From Utricularia gibba (taxonomy: Eukaryota; Plantae; Magnoliophyta): a DNA stretch of 64,000 bases. The notes below the pieces were generated by a model. That model was given only the letters and a program-made list of their open reading frames with translations. It was not told the DNA's origin and did not search any database. This document shows positions 36,805 to 49,741 of this stretch, in pieces (within the stretch, counting starts at the first letter, position 1; each line of letters starts with the position of its first letter). Location: assembly GCA_002189035.1 (NCBI GenBank), contig CM007990.1, positions 2,542,001-2,606,000 on the forward strand. The letters run 5' to 3'. Position numbers and translations under genes: made by a program.

Positions 36805-39133
36805 ATGGCAATTCTGGGAAGAAATATGCGCCGGATGCCTCATGTCCTGCTTGCGGCATTTGAAGAATTGATCACAAGTCCGGTACGTATTGCTGGAAAT
36901 GGGAAGCCGCAACATGTATTTGTTCAGAGGGAAGTCTTCTGTCGTTATCATTCCATCTCTTCTGCTGGGGATGAACTTTCTCTCGACTTGGTTAACTTGA
37001 TGAACCAGAAAATATCGGCTTTGGAAAAACAACATGAGTATCTGCAGTCCGTTGTCAATCAGGTGATAACAGCACACCTTTTTAAATGTATGCCTTTTAT
37101 CTGTTTTAAGAAATTCCTCTATTTTTGTGTGTGGTTTTTGAAGATTAGCCAGATACATCGCAGAAACAGTATTCCGTTGCCAACAAGGAGTTAAAGAAGG
37201 TCCAGCATGTAATGGATTTGGTGTTCGAGTTGAGAAAGAAGCAAAAGGTAATTCCTTCTCCTTTTGCATGCCAAGTGTAATCTAGAATTATTGCCTCGAC
37301 TAATTGCAGGAGATGGATGACCTCAAATCATTGATTTCTGAGGCGCAAGATGATAGTGGTTTGCACCAAATGGCTTCAGAGGAATTGGATAAGGCATCTG
37401 AAGAACAAAAGCGCCTTCGCTTCTTGTTACTTAAATCTTTACTGCCAAAGGATGATGCTGATGAGCGTGACTGCATTTTGGAAGTCAGAGCAGGTACTTC
37501 GTAGTAGCCATGCCGTAATCTTTGTTTAGCTGCTTGGTTTCCCTTGGACATGGGAGATTTTTTTGTACTTCAGGAAGTGGTGGTGAGGAGGCTTCGTTAT
37601 TTGCAATCGACATTTTCAGAATGTAAGAACTCATCCTGTATCCCAAGGCATTTTCTTTATTAGTAGTGAAGAGATGATTAGGATATTCTTGGATATTTTG
37701 TTAAAATATACTCGAATTTTGTTGCATTTTCTTCTGAATGCTACCAATCTTCTATATTGTGACTACCTGCACGAATTTTGTTTTTTTATAATCGCAGAAA
37801 AACCTTTTTTTTTTGGCATGGAATATTTTTGTAAAAAGTTTACAATGCAAAACATCAGGTATGAAAAATACGCCCTAAAGAAGGGTTGGAAGTTTGAAGT
37901 TTTAAACGTGGCAGAGTCAGGTCTCAAAGGATACAAGGTTTATCTTTTACATTCATCTTTATGCCCAGGAATCTAGTTTCAGTGAATCCTACTTCCTGCT
38001 AAAACATCCTCAGGCTTATTGTTGAGTTTTTTGGACTTGCATTGTTTTTTCTTATATATCTCAACAATCGTCGCAGGAAGCGAGTGCTGCAATCTCTGGT
38101 GCTGATGTGTATGGAAAATTGAAATTTGAGAGTGGAGTTCATAGAGTGCAGGTTTTCTTTAGTCAATACCCGTTTTGCTTTCACTATGTTTTTCTACTGT
38201 AAATGGTGACATGACCTGTTACAGAGAGTTCCAACAACAGAGAAAGCCGGAAGAGTCCATACCAGTGCTGTGTCCGTTGCTATCCTTCCTCAGGCAGATC
38301 AGGTGCTTTATCATTGTTTGTGTACGTGGAGCATGTGATCTTTTCACTGTTTGTACAACAATTTTTTTCTGCATAATGAAGGCGGTCACAGATAGAATTT
38401 TCTCTTTTCACTAGCCTTCTTCCATCGATAAACATAACTAAAAGTTTTTATGTAGGTGGATGTGAATTTGAGGTACGAAGACCTGAGAATTGATACATAC
38501 AGGTCGGGTGGATGTGGTGGTCAGCATGCCAATACTACTAATAGTGCTGTTAGGATAACACATGTTCCCACTGGCTTGACAGTTTCCATACAAGATGAAC
38601 GTTCCCAGCATCAGGCATGATGTTTTGTTGTTGTTTCATATAAACAGTCGCTCGCAGTGATGTAGGAAAAGTGGGGTTGTCGGTTTTCTTCTGGTCTTCA
38701 ATATTTTTTTCGTATGGTTTTCACCTGAGCTGACTGAATAAAGGAACGAGTGTATATTTCCGCAGAACAAAGCCAAGGCTCTGAGAGTGCTGTGCGCAAG
38801 GCTATTTGAAATGGAAAGAAGTAAACATGATGAATGCCGGTCTAGGCTCAGAGCTGAGCAGGTAATTGCTTGGTGAATATCAAGCCAGAGCTCTGTTCCT
38901 TTGTTGTCAACAATTGTTTCACTTTTTTGGAACAGATAGGAAGTGGCGACAGATCAGAGCGCATTCGAACATACAATTTTCCCCAGAGTCGTGTGACTGA
39001 TCACCGCATTGGTATGACGGTCCACTCAGTGGAAGGGGTGATGGAAGGAGGAGAGAGTCTGGATACTTTGATGGATGCGCTTCTGTTGCAGAAAGAAGTT
39101 GAGGCTATCGCATCTTTCACGTCTGCGTCATAG
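36805..39133 (+). CDS. prfA-like: Peptide chain release factor 1, organellar (probably mitochondrial)
   Basis: Exons 36805-37062, 37149-37247, 37310-37493, 37574-37622, 37859-37937, 38077-38151, 38225-38302, 38456-38614 (GC donor), 38766-38861, 38936-39133. Motifs [29 protein letters not shown] (PxT), [48 protein letters not shown]. Confidence 0.95.
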
Positions 39134-41858
39134 AACTCGACCACCCTACCGCACCGCATCATTCTATACTTGACGCTTTCTTTGGAAAGTTGTGTGTTCT
39201 ATTGGTGGATAACATAGGGTGTCGGAAAAGTGACACTATATTATCTGATTGTCCCTCCAGGCATAGGAAGTGGCGTATGGGTTTCCATACCATCTCACAA
39301 TGCATGACTCCTGGCTGCCACCTACCTCCTCTACAAGGCTGGAATGAGATAGATACGCTTGCTATGTTGCCTACTAAATTGTAGCAAGCCCTAGAGATTT
39401 TCACAAAAACAATGGGAAAGGTAAGTTGGAAACGAGCTGTGCTTTTTTAGGTTGGTCACCGTAAAATTAAGGATTTAGAAAACTGAAAATGAGACAAATA
39501 TATTGGTAACTTGGAAAAATAACGAAAATGGAGAATGTGCACACACCACCAAGAAGGTCTCATTATGATAATGTGAAAAAGATGAAAAATAGTCACAAAA
39601 ACTTGAGAGAATACATTGGCATCAAAGTCGCTTTCCTCTTTCATCAACAATATTTCTAGCCTTGTTTTGAAGAAAAGTAGTTGATCCTCCTGGAACAATG
39701 TTAAGGGATGAAACACATGATGTTGTTCGATGCTGGAGGGAATGGCACCTTCTCCAGCTTGCTCAATGTTTCGTCGAGCAAGCCTTCTATAAAGGTCTCC
39801 TTGTGGAGTTTCCAACTTTGGTCTTTTTTATACCTCTTCTCCAATGAGGCTTGCTTGAATGCTAACAGAGTTATATGAAGTAATTGGCTGAGGGGTTCCA
39901 TCATTTTAGAGATGGAAAATGTTTGCTACGAGTAGAGGATCGCATATTGTGCCCCACCTGCAACCCCATGAAGGCATGTTGCCTATGAACTACAGATGTT
40001 GTATGATGAAAGCTAAGTGTCCTTCCATCGCATGCTTGCATGATGTAGGTCACATAGTGTATCTAATACGTTACTTGTATTAAATGCATTTAATTATATT
40101 TTGAATCGGCAAATGGATCCTAATTATGACAAAAAAAACATTATCTTTGAGTCCCTAGATGCCATTTCCTTATAGAGAAGTTTTCAAGTTTTTGGTGTTA
40201 GCTTTGCGTTATTCATCTTCTTCTTCCTCTCTAGGAAGAATTTTAATTACTTCCGATTTTTGTTTTGTAATGATCATTTGTAGTTAAACTTATTATTTCT
40301 AGATAGAGGACTTCTTTTTCCATGTTTTATGATTAATCTTCAATTTTCTCTTTAGTTTTATTTCATATTTTACATATCTTCGTACATATATATTATAGTG
40401 GTTTTGTAACGATTGAGTATATTTATATAAACAATGTTTGTAGTTTGAATTATCATATGTTGATATTTTCATTTAATGATTGTGGGTTTGATTCATGTTT
40501 TACTTCAAATTTATTTTTTTATAAAATTAAAATTAAAAAAAAACATTATTAAAAAGTTAGGTATAATCTTTTAATATTTTAATTAATGTAAATTTTTAAT
40601 TAATATTATTATGTGAGTTTCATAACATGACAAATTATCAAAAAAACTTAATGCTTAGTCTTATAAATTAGTATACTTTTAGATGATGCGAGGATTGATA
40701 ATTAAAATGAATTTAATAGATATATTTTAATCAAATAAATTTTATAAATGTATTTTTTATACATTAAATATAAAATAAAATTTATAAAAATAATTATTTA
40801 TGAACCTTACAATTGTGAATATATTTATGAACGTTAGGTGCAAAGGAATAATACTCTGAAGTTAGTTCGCCATATGTTTTTATTTGAAGTTTTTGATTAA
40901 GGGTGAAATTCTTATTAACGATAATTTGTATTTTATTTTTTTATAAAAATATTCGAAAATAATATTCAGAAACTAAAAAAATGGATAATTAAAAGAATGA
41001 AAATACTGATAATTTTTTATTTATTAGCAATTTAATATTTGCATTTTTAATATAATTAATTATTTTTATTGTACAAAAATTAAAATAGAACTATTTAAAA
41101 AAGTACATAAAAGAAAACTATTTTAATGACTGTAAAAGAGAGTTATTTGACTAATAAAATTTTAGCAGTGGGCTATTTTGCTAAAAATCCCATGTTAATT
41201 TTGCCACTCATTTACGTAAACTTGTAAAAAACAAAAAATAGGACTCTAAAAATTAATGGGAAAAAAATTATGTTGAAACCATAGCGGACACTTGGGATTT
41301 CAAGGAAACAAGCTTTTGGGAAGAGTATTGCCTTGTCAAATGTGGAGAGATTTTGTCCAAGATTCCACGGCACATTGATGTTCCTCTCTCCTATGACACT
41401 GGAATTCTTGTTTAGCGTGCCTTGGATACTTACACATGTCCCAGAATAGGGGAAACCGTACTTGTTTCGGAACTGCTGCTCGGCTTGTAGGCAGGGCAGT
41501 TTGCTATGTTATGTTGTTAGGAGTGGTTTTGATGATCCTACTGCAACTTTAAAGCACGCGCATCTTTGGCAAACCATGACTGTCAAGCTCTCTTTCTAGC
41601 TACTCACCTGACGGCATAGACTCTAACTTGGAAAACATGGGAGGAGGATTTCTGGATGCACACAGCATGACTCTATGGAGGGCTCCTGAAGAGAGATCTT
41701 TTCCAGCACACTCGTATCTCAACATGTACGACAAGTTAAGGCAAGGGATGGGAAGATCATTTATGTGGCCTTGAAAGCAGCGCACCGCACCGCACCGGGG
41801 GCAGGTGAATGCAAATCCAGATGTTCAAACACTGCATCCGACTGCGGGTGCAAGCTTC

Positions 41859-44800
41859 TCAGCCGAGAGTCGGGTAGGCGTATCCACGGAGGTAACGCGA
41901 GTCGACTCCTGATTCCCGTACCAGAGCTACTCTTCCTGTCCGTGCAACCTGAAAAACACACAACACCATCCACTACTTCATACGCAAACAAGACATTTAA
42001 CCAAATCATTCTATGCGTTGCGGTATCTTGCATACAACATGCAATCCTGTTCAATTTAATTCTGCAAACAAATTTTAAAGCGAATTGCCAATAAACTCTT
42101 CCTTTCAATGGAAAAAGGACAGTTACTCCCTGGATGACGTCTACAACACCAATTCATTTAGCGTCAAAAATTTCTAAAGTGTATAAATCAGTCATGGAGA
42201 AGATGACATACTACACAGGGAAACGATTACATTGAGACTTTTTTCCATCTACTTGTTACCAAGGTTTATGCTAGATTTTAGAATCATTAAGATATGGAAG
42301 TTTCCTATCCCACGATAGAGTTCAAGTTCTCCCAGAAACATCATGCATACCTCACACACTCCATACGGCTCCAACAGTCGTTGCAATGCCACCATCTTGT
42401 CCAAGTCTCCGGTGAGCTGGGAACACAAGCAAGTAAGAATCATGACTAGTAAAGAGGAATGTAAATCAAGCCCGACGGATTACTAATCCACCTCACCTCC
42501 AACGTAATTGTGTGATCAGAGACATCAACTGTTTTGGCTCTAAATATGCTAGCAATATCAAGAACATCACGGCGTGCAGCAGCATTAACAGAAACTTTGA
42601 TCAACATCAACTCTCTCTCAGCAAACGGTAAATGTGTTAGATCATGGACCTAAAAAATCATATTGCTTAAAGTTTCATGTAATTGCTAATGCAAATATTG
42701 GAATGAAGAGACCACCTAGAATCGAAAATGTGACCGCCAATGCATCAGAGATTTACCACAATTGACAGAAAAAGCATCAATGTGAAGATATACTTCCCTG
42801 CTATAGCAATCACAGTTTACCCCAGAAACCTTGTAATCCAAGGAGTTTACTCCTTGGATTAAAAGAATGCACACCTACAAAATACCACGACCCTACAATA
42901 TGCAGCAATAAACTCACCTGATGAAGATCAACCAGCTTCTGAAGTTGCTTCAGCAACTTGCTGATGGATTCATTTGTGCCAGGGACCACAGTAGTGATTC
43001 GAGAAAGTCCTTCAATTTCAGCATGCCCAACAGCTAGACTCTAAGAAAAACAATTCCACTAGTAAGCTTAAGTTGGGAACATTCAAAATTTTAAAAAATA
43101 ACTAGACATCTAGGGCCAAAATTTCATTACTTGAATATTATATCCTCTTCTAGCAAAAACCCCGGTAACTAGGTTAAGAACTCCAGGAGCATCATTGACA
43201 AGCATTGATAATGTGTGAGATCGAAGCCCACTAGTCTGTCAGATGATTACAGAGTATTAGGAAGAAGAACAAGAGGATTACATTCAATACTTTCACTTTA
43301 ATGCGGACAACCAACAAAATATTCAACTAACCATCTGTGTAATGTATGTAAGATGCAAGGGAACATCAACGTTATTGAAAAGCTAGAGAAACTACAATTA
43401 CTCACATCTTCATCAGTCAACACTCCCCAATGAGCATCAAGAACTTGGTTGAAAAAAACTGTATCACTGGATTCTACAGGGTAAACATCTCCCTTCATTT
43501 AACAAACATACATGTTACATATCAAATCTTTTTAAATCATATATGGGCTGTTTTATTAACAAACGTAGAGAACAAGCATACTGCAGAAGGAATATCAGAT
43601 TGAACAGGAGACTTCTGAGTACGTGGCTTGCTGTTAATTGGCATTTTGGCATCCAGATCAGGATATGATGTTGCTGAGAACCGCCAAAAAGGGGCAGATT
43701 CTCCCATCCTTTCTCTCCGCAGTGCAATCTAGAATTAAAAGGAAAATTATAGAGGGAAACAGACTTATAAAGACAAAAGAATTGATTTGTTTTCAAACTC
43801 ACCTTTCCTGTCCTTGCAATCTCTCTGATTCCAAATTTACTCAAATTTCTTTGGACTGCAACCATTTTCCCAGGATCTCCAGTCACCTATTTGCAGAAGC
43901 AGAAAATACCAATCATGAAAACAAAAGTGAATGGTACTTCTTAGTTAACATATAAACTAGTCTATCCTGGTAGGGTGGATTTGTTATCTGCGACATTAGT
44001 TCCCGAGAGCAGAAACAGGCTCACCTCAACCGTCAGTGAATCATCAGAGATGTCAACAATTTTTGCCCTGAAAATGTCGACTAACCACATCACCTAAAGA
44101 TTATCAAGCAAGCAGAATGTTAAAAAGTTGATGACTGAGTGATACTGCATTATGTATAACAGTCTACAGAAACTGTTCAACTAACCAAGTATTACCTCCG
44201 CTCTGCAATTTGGATCAGCATCGATCTTGATAAGCATCAATTCACGTTCTACCTGAGGCTCTTTTGATATATCATCAACCTATTATCAAAATTCCAGAAA
44301 TTGTTATGTATTCAGTTTGCTTGACAGATTCCATCGATTTTCCATGACTGCCAATGCGAGATAAACATAGTTCATTTCAAAAAATCAGATTCAAAAACAG
44401 AGAGATAAACATAGTAACTCTACGCTCAATTTTTCCTTTAAAAACCCATTTGAAAGTAAAGTGCATACTAATCATAGCTAGCGAAAACAGGGTAGAATTT
44501 CTCTCATTATAAAGCAATACTTCAAGACCCAATAGTGTCTAATTCAGGCACCTTCCTCCCTCTTGGATTTACATTTTTATAGATGTTACACACTAGAAAA
44601 AGACATAATTTAGGTAGACGTATTCTACACAGCACTTCAGTTCTCCTCATGAAAGCAAAATGAGCACAAAAGGCCTTAGACAATAAGATAGCATTTTAAC
44701 AGAAGTCATTGACTTTGTGGTATTAGTTTGAATCAAACAGTGGTTAGCTAAAGAAGTTTTATAGATGTTATTGGCCATTTTCTGTAACTTTTTCCACCAA

Positions 44801-45718
44801 CTGTTTTCATGAGATTTTTCTATTTCTCACTCCTTCTACAAAGGAGCACATAACCTGAAGAGGATCCTTTTAATTTTACGATATACCATGACTAATGAAT
44901 AAGAGTAAGAATGAATGGCAAGGACTAATATGATCACCTTCAGCACATTCACCAGCTTCTTCAGCTGTTCTGTAACTTGGTGAAGCACCTTTTCAGTTCC
45001 AGATACCACTATAGTAAAGAGAGCCTTATCCTTGTTTAGTCCAACTGCAAGAGATTCAATGTTGTAGCCTCTCCGAGCAAAAACTCCAGCTATTCGGTTG
45101 ATCATTCCACTTTCATCACCAACAAATACGGAAATAGTGTGGCATTTCACCCTGATTCGAAATTAGTGTGGCGTTTAGGGGGCCTTCAGCAATACAAAAG
45201 ATTGCAAAGAACACAACTAGCTTTGAAAATAAAAGGATCTGATGTCAAATGAGCAAAATGTATATTCAACAGTTAGACATAGAATGTAAGATTTTAGGTT
45301 CATTTTGGCACCAGGCATCATACAGATATGAAAACAATCATGTAAAAAAATTGAGCAACACTGGCCATGAATCATGCATGACAAATATTCTGTCTACGAA
45401 ACAAATAATCATTTGCTACTACCAGGAATTTAAACAACAATAACCAAAAACTGATATTAAAAAACTCAATGATGAACAATAAAAGTACTTCGAGCTTGCA
45501 GTAGAGCCAGGGGATGGGGCGGCAAGGGTAGTAGACTGTGAAATCGAATGCGCACCATCCTGTCGCTGCTTCTGATCGTCGCCAGAACTTTGAGCACAAA
45601 TAGCAAAGCCATTTCTTGAATTTGATGGTACAATCATAGAGCCATTATTACGGAAAATGAAGCCCCTGGAGTGCCAGGAAGTAAGAAATGTAGTAGAGGA
45701 GGAGGAGAGTGCCGCCAT
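41859..45718 (-). CDS. AHASS: Acetolactate synthase (AHAS) small regulatory subunit, plastid, with two ACT repeats
   Basis: Exons (-): 45718-45489, 45151-44938, 44279-44196, 44093-44025, 43886-43803, 43728-43582, 43492-43406, 43235-43131, 43040-42918, 42649-42497, 42416-42351, 41948-41859. Motifs [42 protein letters not shown] (twice), [32 protein letters not shown]. Probable 5'UTR intron 45990-45744. Confidence 0.95.
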
Positions 45719-46207
45719 AGCTCCAAAGCGCTGCTCGAGAACCCTATATAGTTCTGATGATCCTGTGTGATTAGATACTTCAATACAAATCCTTTAGGGC
45801 CATTCCATTACAGATGAAGAAAATGAATAATCTAGACGCTAACTTATGCGCTAAAGCGAAAAAACTTATAACTGAGTAAGAAAAAGGAGATGAATCAGCG
45901 GACGTAATGCACTGCAAATGAAGAATTTCATTGACTCGGAAAACAATGACGGGGTACATAATAACAAAATAAAAGGCACGGTTGGTTTACCGAAGGAACC
46001 CCACCGGCGGCAACAACAGATTATCAAGGAAATGAAGACGGCGGTGATACGAGATGATAGAAGATGATTGATTCTATAGGCAGTTGGCCCAAAACGTTAT
46101 TTTTCAAAATGGGCAGCCCATATAATTCTTTTATTTTTTTAATATTGAATGGAAGAGTAGAATACAGGAATCATTTTCTTCTGCTAAGGATTGAAACAAT
46201 AAACTAA

Positions 46208-46400
46208 GGGGCGTTCGTGCGTATCATTTTTACCCTAGTATAGTTTATTTGGATTTAAAATTAATACATTTTGAGTGTTTAAAAGATAATTCTGATAGAT
46301 ACAACTTATTTAAGTGTATAATCAAAAGACATTTGGTATATATATAGAAAAAATTGCTGTTTGGTGAATTTATGTGTAAGATCAAATATACCTCTACAGC
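46208..46400. mobile_element. Tourist/PIF-like MITE fragment of a family also seen at 31885 and 55396
   Basis: Starts TAA|GGGGCGTTCG and shares the core tagtttatttggattta with the other two copies. Confidence 0.45.
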
Positions 46401-46789
46401 TCATTCAACAAACTGAAAAAAAAAATAATAATAAAGTATCCATATTTATTTTCCCACTCACTCACTTACCCTTATTTTCATCATCTTCCTTATGCATGCT
46501 ATGCGTCTGCCGATCATCTCTTTGAATTTCTGGTAACTTGTAAGTCGGCAGCTTGTTACAGGCGATCTTGGCATCATTTCTTTTTGTGTTTTTGTTGTGA
46601 AATGTTTACGAAGTGTATTTCATAGGCCATAAAGATGCCTATCCAAACAACTATCAAAGAAATTAGAAAAAAAAAAAAAAAAAAGCAAAGCGGTCATGGA
46701 AGCTTAACATCAGCAACTCAGAGCCTCTGGCATCTTGTTCTATGTACGTATGCATGCCTTGCTGAGGATTTGAAGTGAAGTTGTATTTA

Positions 46790-47470
46790 TACAAGTTCTC
46801 GTGTATGACATTGTTTTACTATGTTTTATTAAACACTTAATTTGACTTTTTGTTTTGTTTTCCTTCTCAAATGTGTGTTGTAGTCATAAATCACAAAAGG
46901 ATATAAGGTGAAAATCTCAAATTGGATGAAGGATCTAAGAGTGATGTCAATTAAAAATGCGTTATTTAGGCACATTTCAATCTAAATTATGTGTGAAATA
47001 TGAGGAGAAGTCATTATTACTTATGAGTAAATATGGGTTATCATTAAAATACAAAAATGACTTTAGATGAGTAATCAATTATTTCCTATGAGTTAAATAA
47101 AGAGTTAATTCAAGTAATACTATTTTAGTATAACATTTTCAAAACTTACCGAATCAAGAATCAGTTTCGAGGTTTAGTTGTTCATATAGGGCTTGAAGAA
47201 TACTAACAGAATATAGATCTAAAACTGTTATTATTATTTTTTGTTGATTTTAAACCATTTGTATTTTTTATTGATTTTTTTACCAAGTCATGTTTTTAGT
47301 CTATTCACATTTCTTCTAAAATAATTTTGTTTTGGTTTTCTTTGTTCATTGATTTTTTTTCATTTACTTTCGTTTATAAAAATCTAAAATTATTAATTTT
47401 CTATATAGATGATCTTTATGTTATTTCAATTTTTTCGATATACTTACATAATTTCAAATAAAATGAATAT
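46790..47470 (+). repeat. Dispersed repeat copy 2, probable Copia relic
   Basis: gtcataaatcacaaaaggatataaggtgaaaatctcaaattggatgaaggatc... is similar to 23280 onward. Confidence 0.55.
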
Positions 47471-48270
47471 TAAATATTGAGAAGATTACAAAAAAATCAT
47501 AGTTTAGATTGATAATAAACCACTTATCGATTGCCATTTCTGAAAAACGAGTTCTTTGTAAAGCTGGAGATTGAGAAAAATTAAAAGGGTTAGATAGGTA
47601 TAGTTTTGTCCATTAGATCTTAAAATAAGCCGGCTGCATAATCAATCATTCGCCACATTTTCTAAATTTTGTCCAAATTCCACAATATGAAGAAGCACTC
47701 TACTCCAGGATAATTTCTGTTGGTAGCTTTCAGAAGGATTCCTTCCTAAGCAGAGAGTTGTTGGAAGTCTGGAGGTTTGGTGCATTAGAATGATGTGGAG
47801 ATTTGGGTTTCTCACCCAGTACGTACATGAAGCTGCTCGGAAATGCATGCGATTCTCGTGGAAGATCAACTGGACCCAACTGCACTTCCTGGAAAGAATC
47901 AGCTTCTGAACAAAGAATGATGTTATATGTATCTGTGTGTCGGCGTTGATTGCAGGCACAGCAGTAAGGAATCTGAATGCGTGCACCACCGTCTCCGTCT
48001 CCGTCTCCGTGTCCCAAAGGAGGGCACTCCCCTAACTCCTTTCTCTCGTCTTCCTCATTCTTTCCTTACTGGGACTGAATAGCAACTAATAGTGAAGCTG
48101 GGCAGTAAGTAGGGCACTGCTATCTTCATCAGAAAGATTAGGCAGTTCCCTTCCCTTCCCTTCCCTGCAAGCAATAATAAACAGTTGTCGTCCGTTAAAG
48201 ATTACCATCTCTGAGCCAACACAAGGATAAATAGTCTCCCACTTCACCACTTACCCATACAAAGCAACAT

Positions 48271-49741
48271 ATGGCCGCCCCAAAATCACTCCAACATCTG
48301 CTTCTCCTCATCCTGATCGCCTGCACACCGGCGGCAGCTGTTACATACAATGTGGAGTCCTTCGGCGCCAATCCCAAAGGGAAATCAGATTCTTCCAAGG
48401 CCTTTCTCCGCGCCTGGTCTGCAGCGTGTGCCGCCGATAAGCCGGCCACCCTCTACGTTCCGCCGGGGAAGTTTCTCGTGAGACGAGTGGAGTTTAGTGG
48501 CAAGAAATGTACAAGTGAAGCCACTGCTCTACGTATAGACGGCACCCTGGTGGCTTCATCCGACTATCGCATCACCGGGAGCCTTGGGAATTGGCTGAGG
48601 TTCGAGGGGGTCACCGGAGTCAGCATCTACGGCGGAAAGTTGGAGGGCCGAGGTGGCGATCTCTGGGCATGCAAGAAATCCGGCAGGTCATGTCCCAAAG
48701 GAGCTACGGTGAACTTCAAAAAAACTCACATTTTTTCATATATTTATTTCAGCAAGCAATGCTTGTGTTGCATGGAATGAATCATACCTGAGCTGGGTTG
48801 TTTACGTGGTGCAGCAGTTGGGGTTGTACAACTCGAGCAACATAAGGATCAACGGACTGTCGTCCTTCAACAGCCAAATGTTTCACGTTGTGGTGGAAGG
48901 TTGTCACAATGTGAACCTGATGAACATGAGGATCTGGGCCCCTGGAACAGCCCCAACACCGATGGAATCCACATCTCACATTCCACACGTGTCACCATAA
49001 CAAATTCCCACATCGGAACCGGCGACGACTGCATCTCCATCGGGCCCGGCTCCAGGGACCTGTGGATCGAGAACCTGTCCTGCGGCCCTGGGCATGGGGT
49101 CAGGTACTGTACTGCAACTCAATGCTTTTCATAAGCAATTTGGGAGTAAATTAGGGTAAGCATCTGTACTGCACTGCACTGCACTGCAGCATTGGGAGCT
49201 TGGGGTGGGATCTTGAAGAGGCGGGAGTGCAGAATGTGATGCTGAAAGGCGCAACATTTGTGGGAACGGAGAACGGGGTGCGGGTGAAGACGTGGGCAAG
49301 GCCCAGCCATGGGTACGTACGGGACGTCGTCTTCCAGCGCTGTTTGATGGTGAATGTGAAGAACCCCATCATCATCGATCAGAATTACTGCCCAAACAAC
49401 CTCCACTGTCCCCATCAGGTAACCATTTCTTCTTCGTAGGGTTGGCCGTAGCCAACAACAATATGAGTTACTCCATGGGGGTTGGGTTGGTTGTTCACGT
49501 AGGCCTCGGGGGTGAAGGTACGGAATGTGACGTACCATGACATACACGGAACTTCGGCGATGAAGGTCGCGGTGAGGCTGGAGTGCAGCAGGGCGTCCCC
49601 TGCACTGGAATCACGCTGGATGAAGTGAATCTCACCTACGGGGACGAAGCCGCCGCCGGCTACTGCTCCAATGCCGCTACTCGGACTGTCGGACTCGTCA
49701 CCCCTCCTGCTGACCACACTGCATTGCATTGCACCTACTAA
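48271..49741 (+). pseudogene. Polygalacturonase (GH28) with two apparent 1-bp deletions: null allele or assembly error
   Basis: Exons 48271-48708, 48815-49103, 49190-49418, 49503 to ~49741. Signal peptide; motifs SPNTDG, TGDDC, CGPGHGV-SIGSLG and RVKTW all present. The frame shifts at ~48945 (cctggaacagc) just before NTD, and again at ~49600 (tcccctgc) before CTGITL. Confidence 0.9.

Noticed and set aside
47829-47906. Hairpin gaagctg...cagcttc as a miRNA precursor
   Set aside because: Pairing is short with a large asymmetric bulge (3 vs 10 nt), and no known miRNA was recognised.
49167-49189. (CACTG)n repeat at the polygalacturonase intron 2 acceptor
   Set aside because: A short simple repeat; the terminal CAG gives the correct frame and there is no sign of function.
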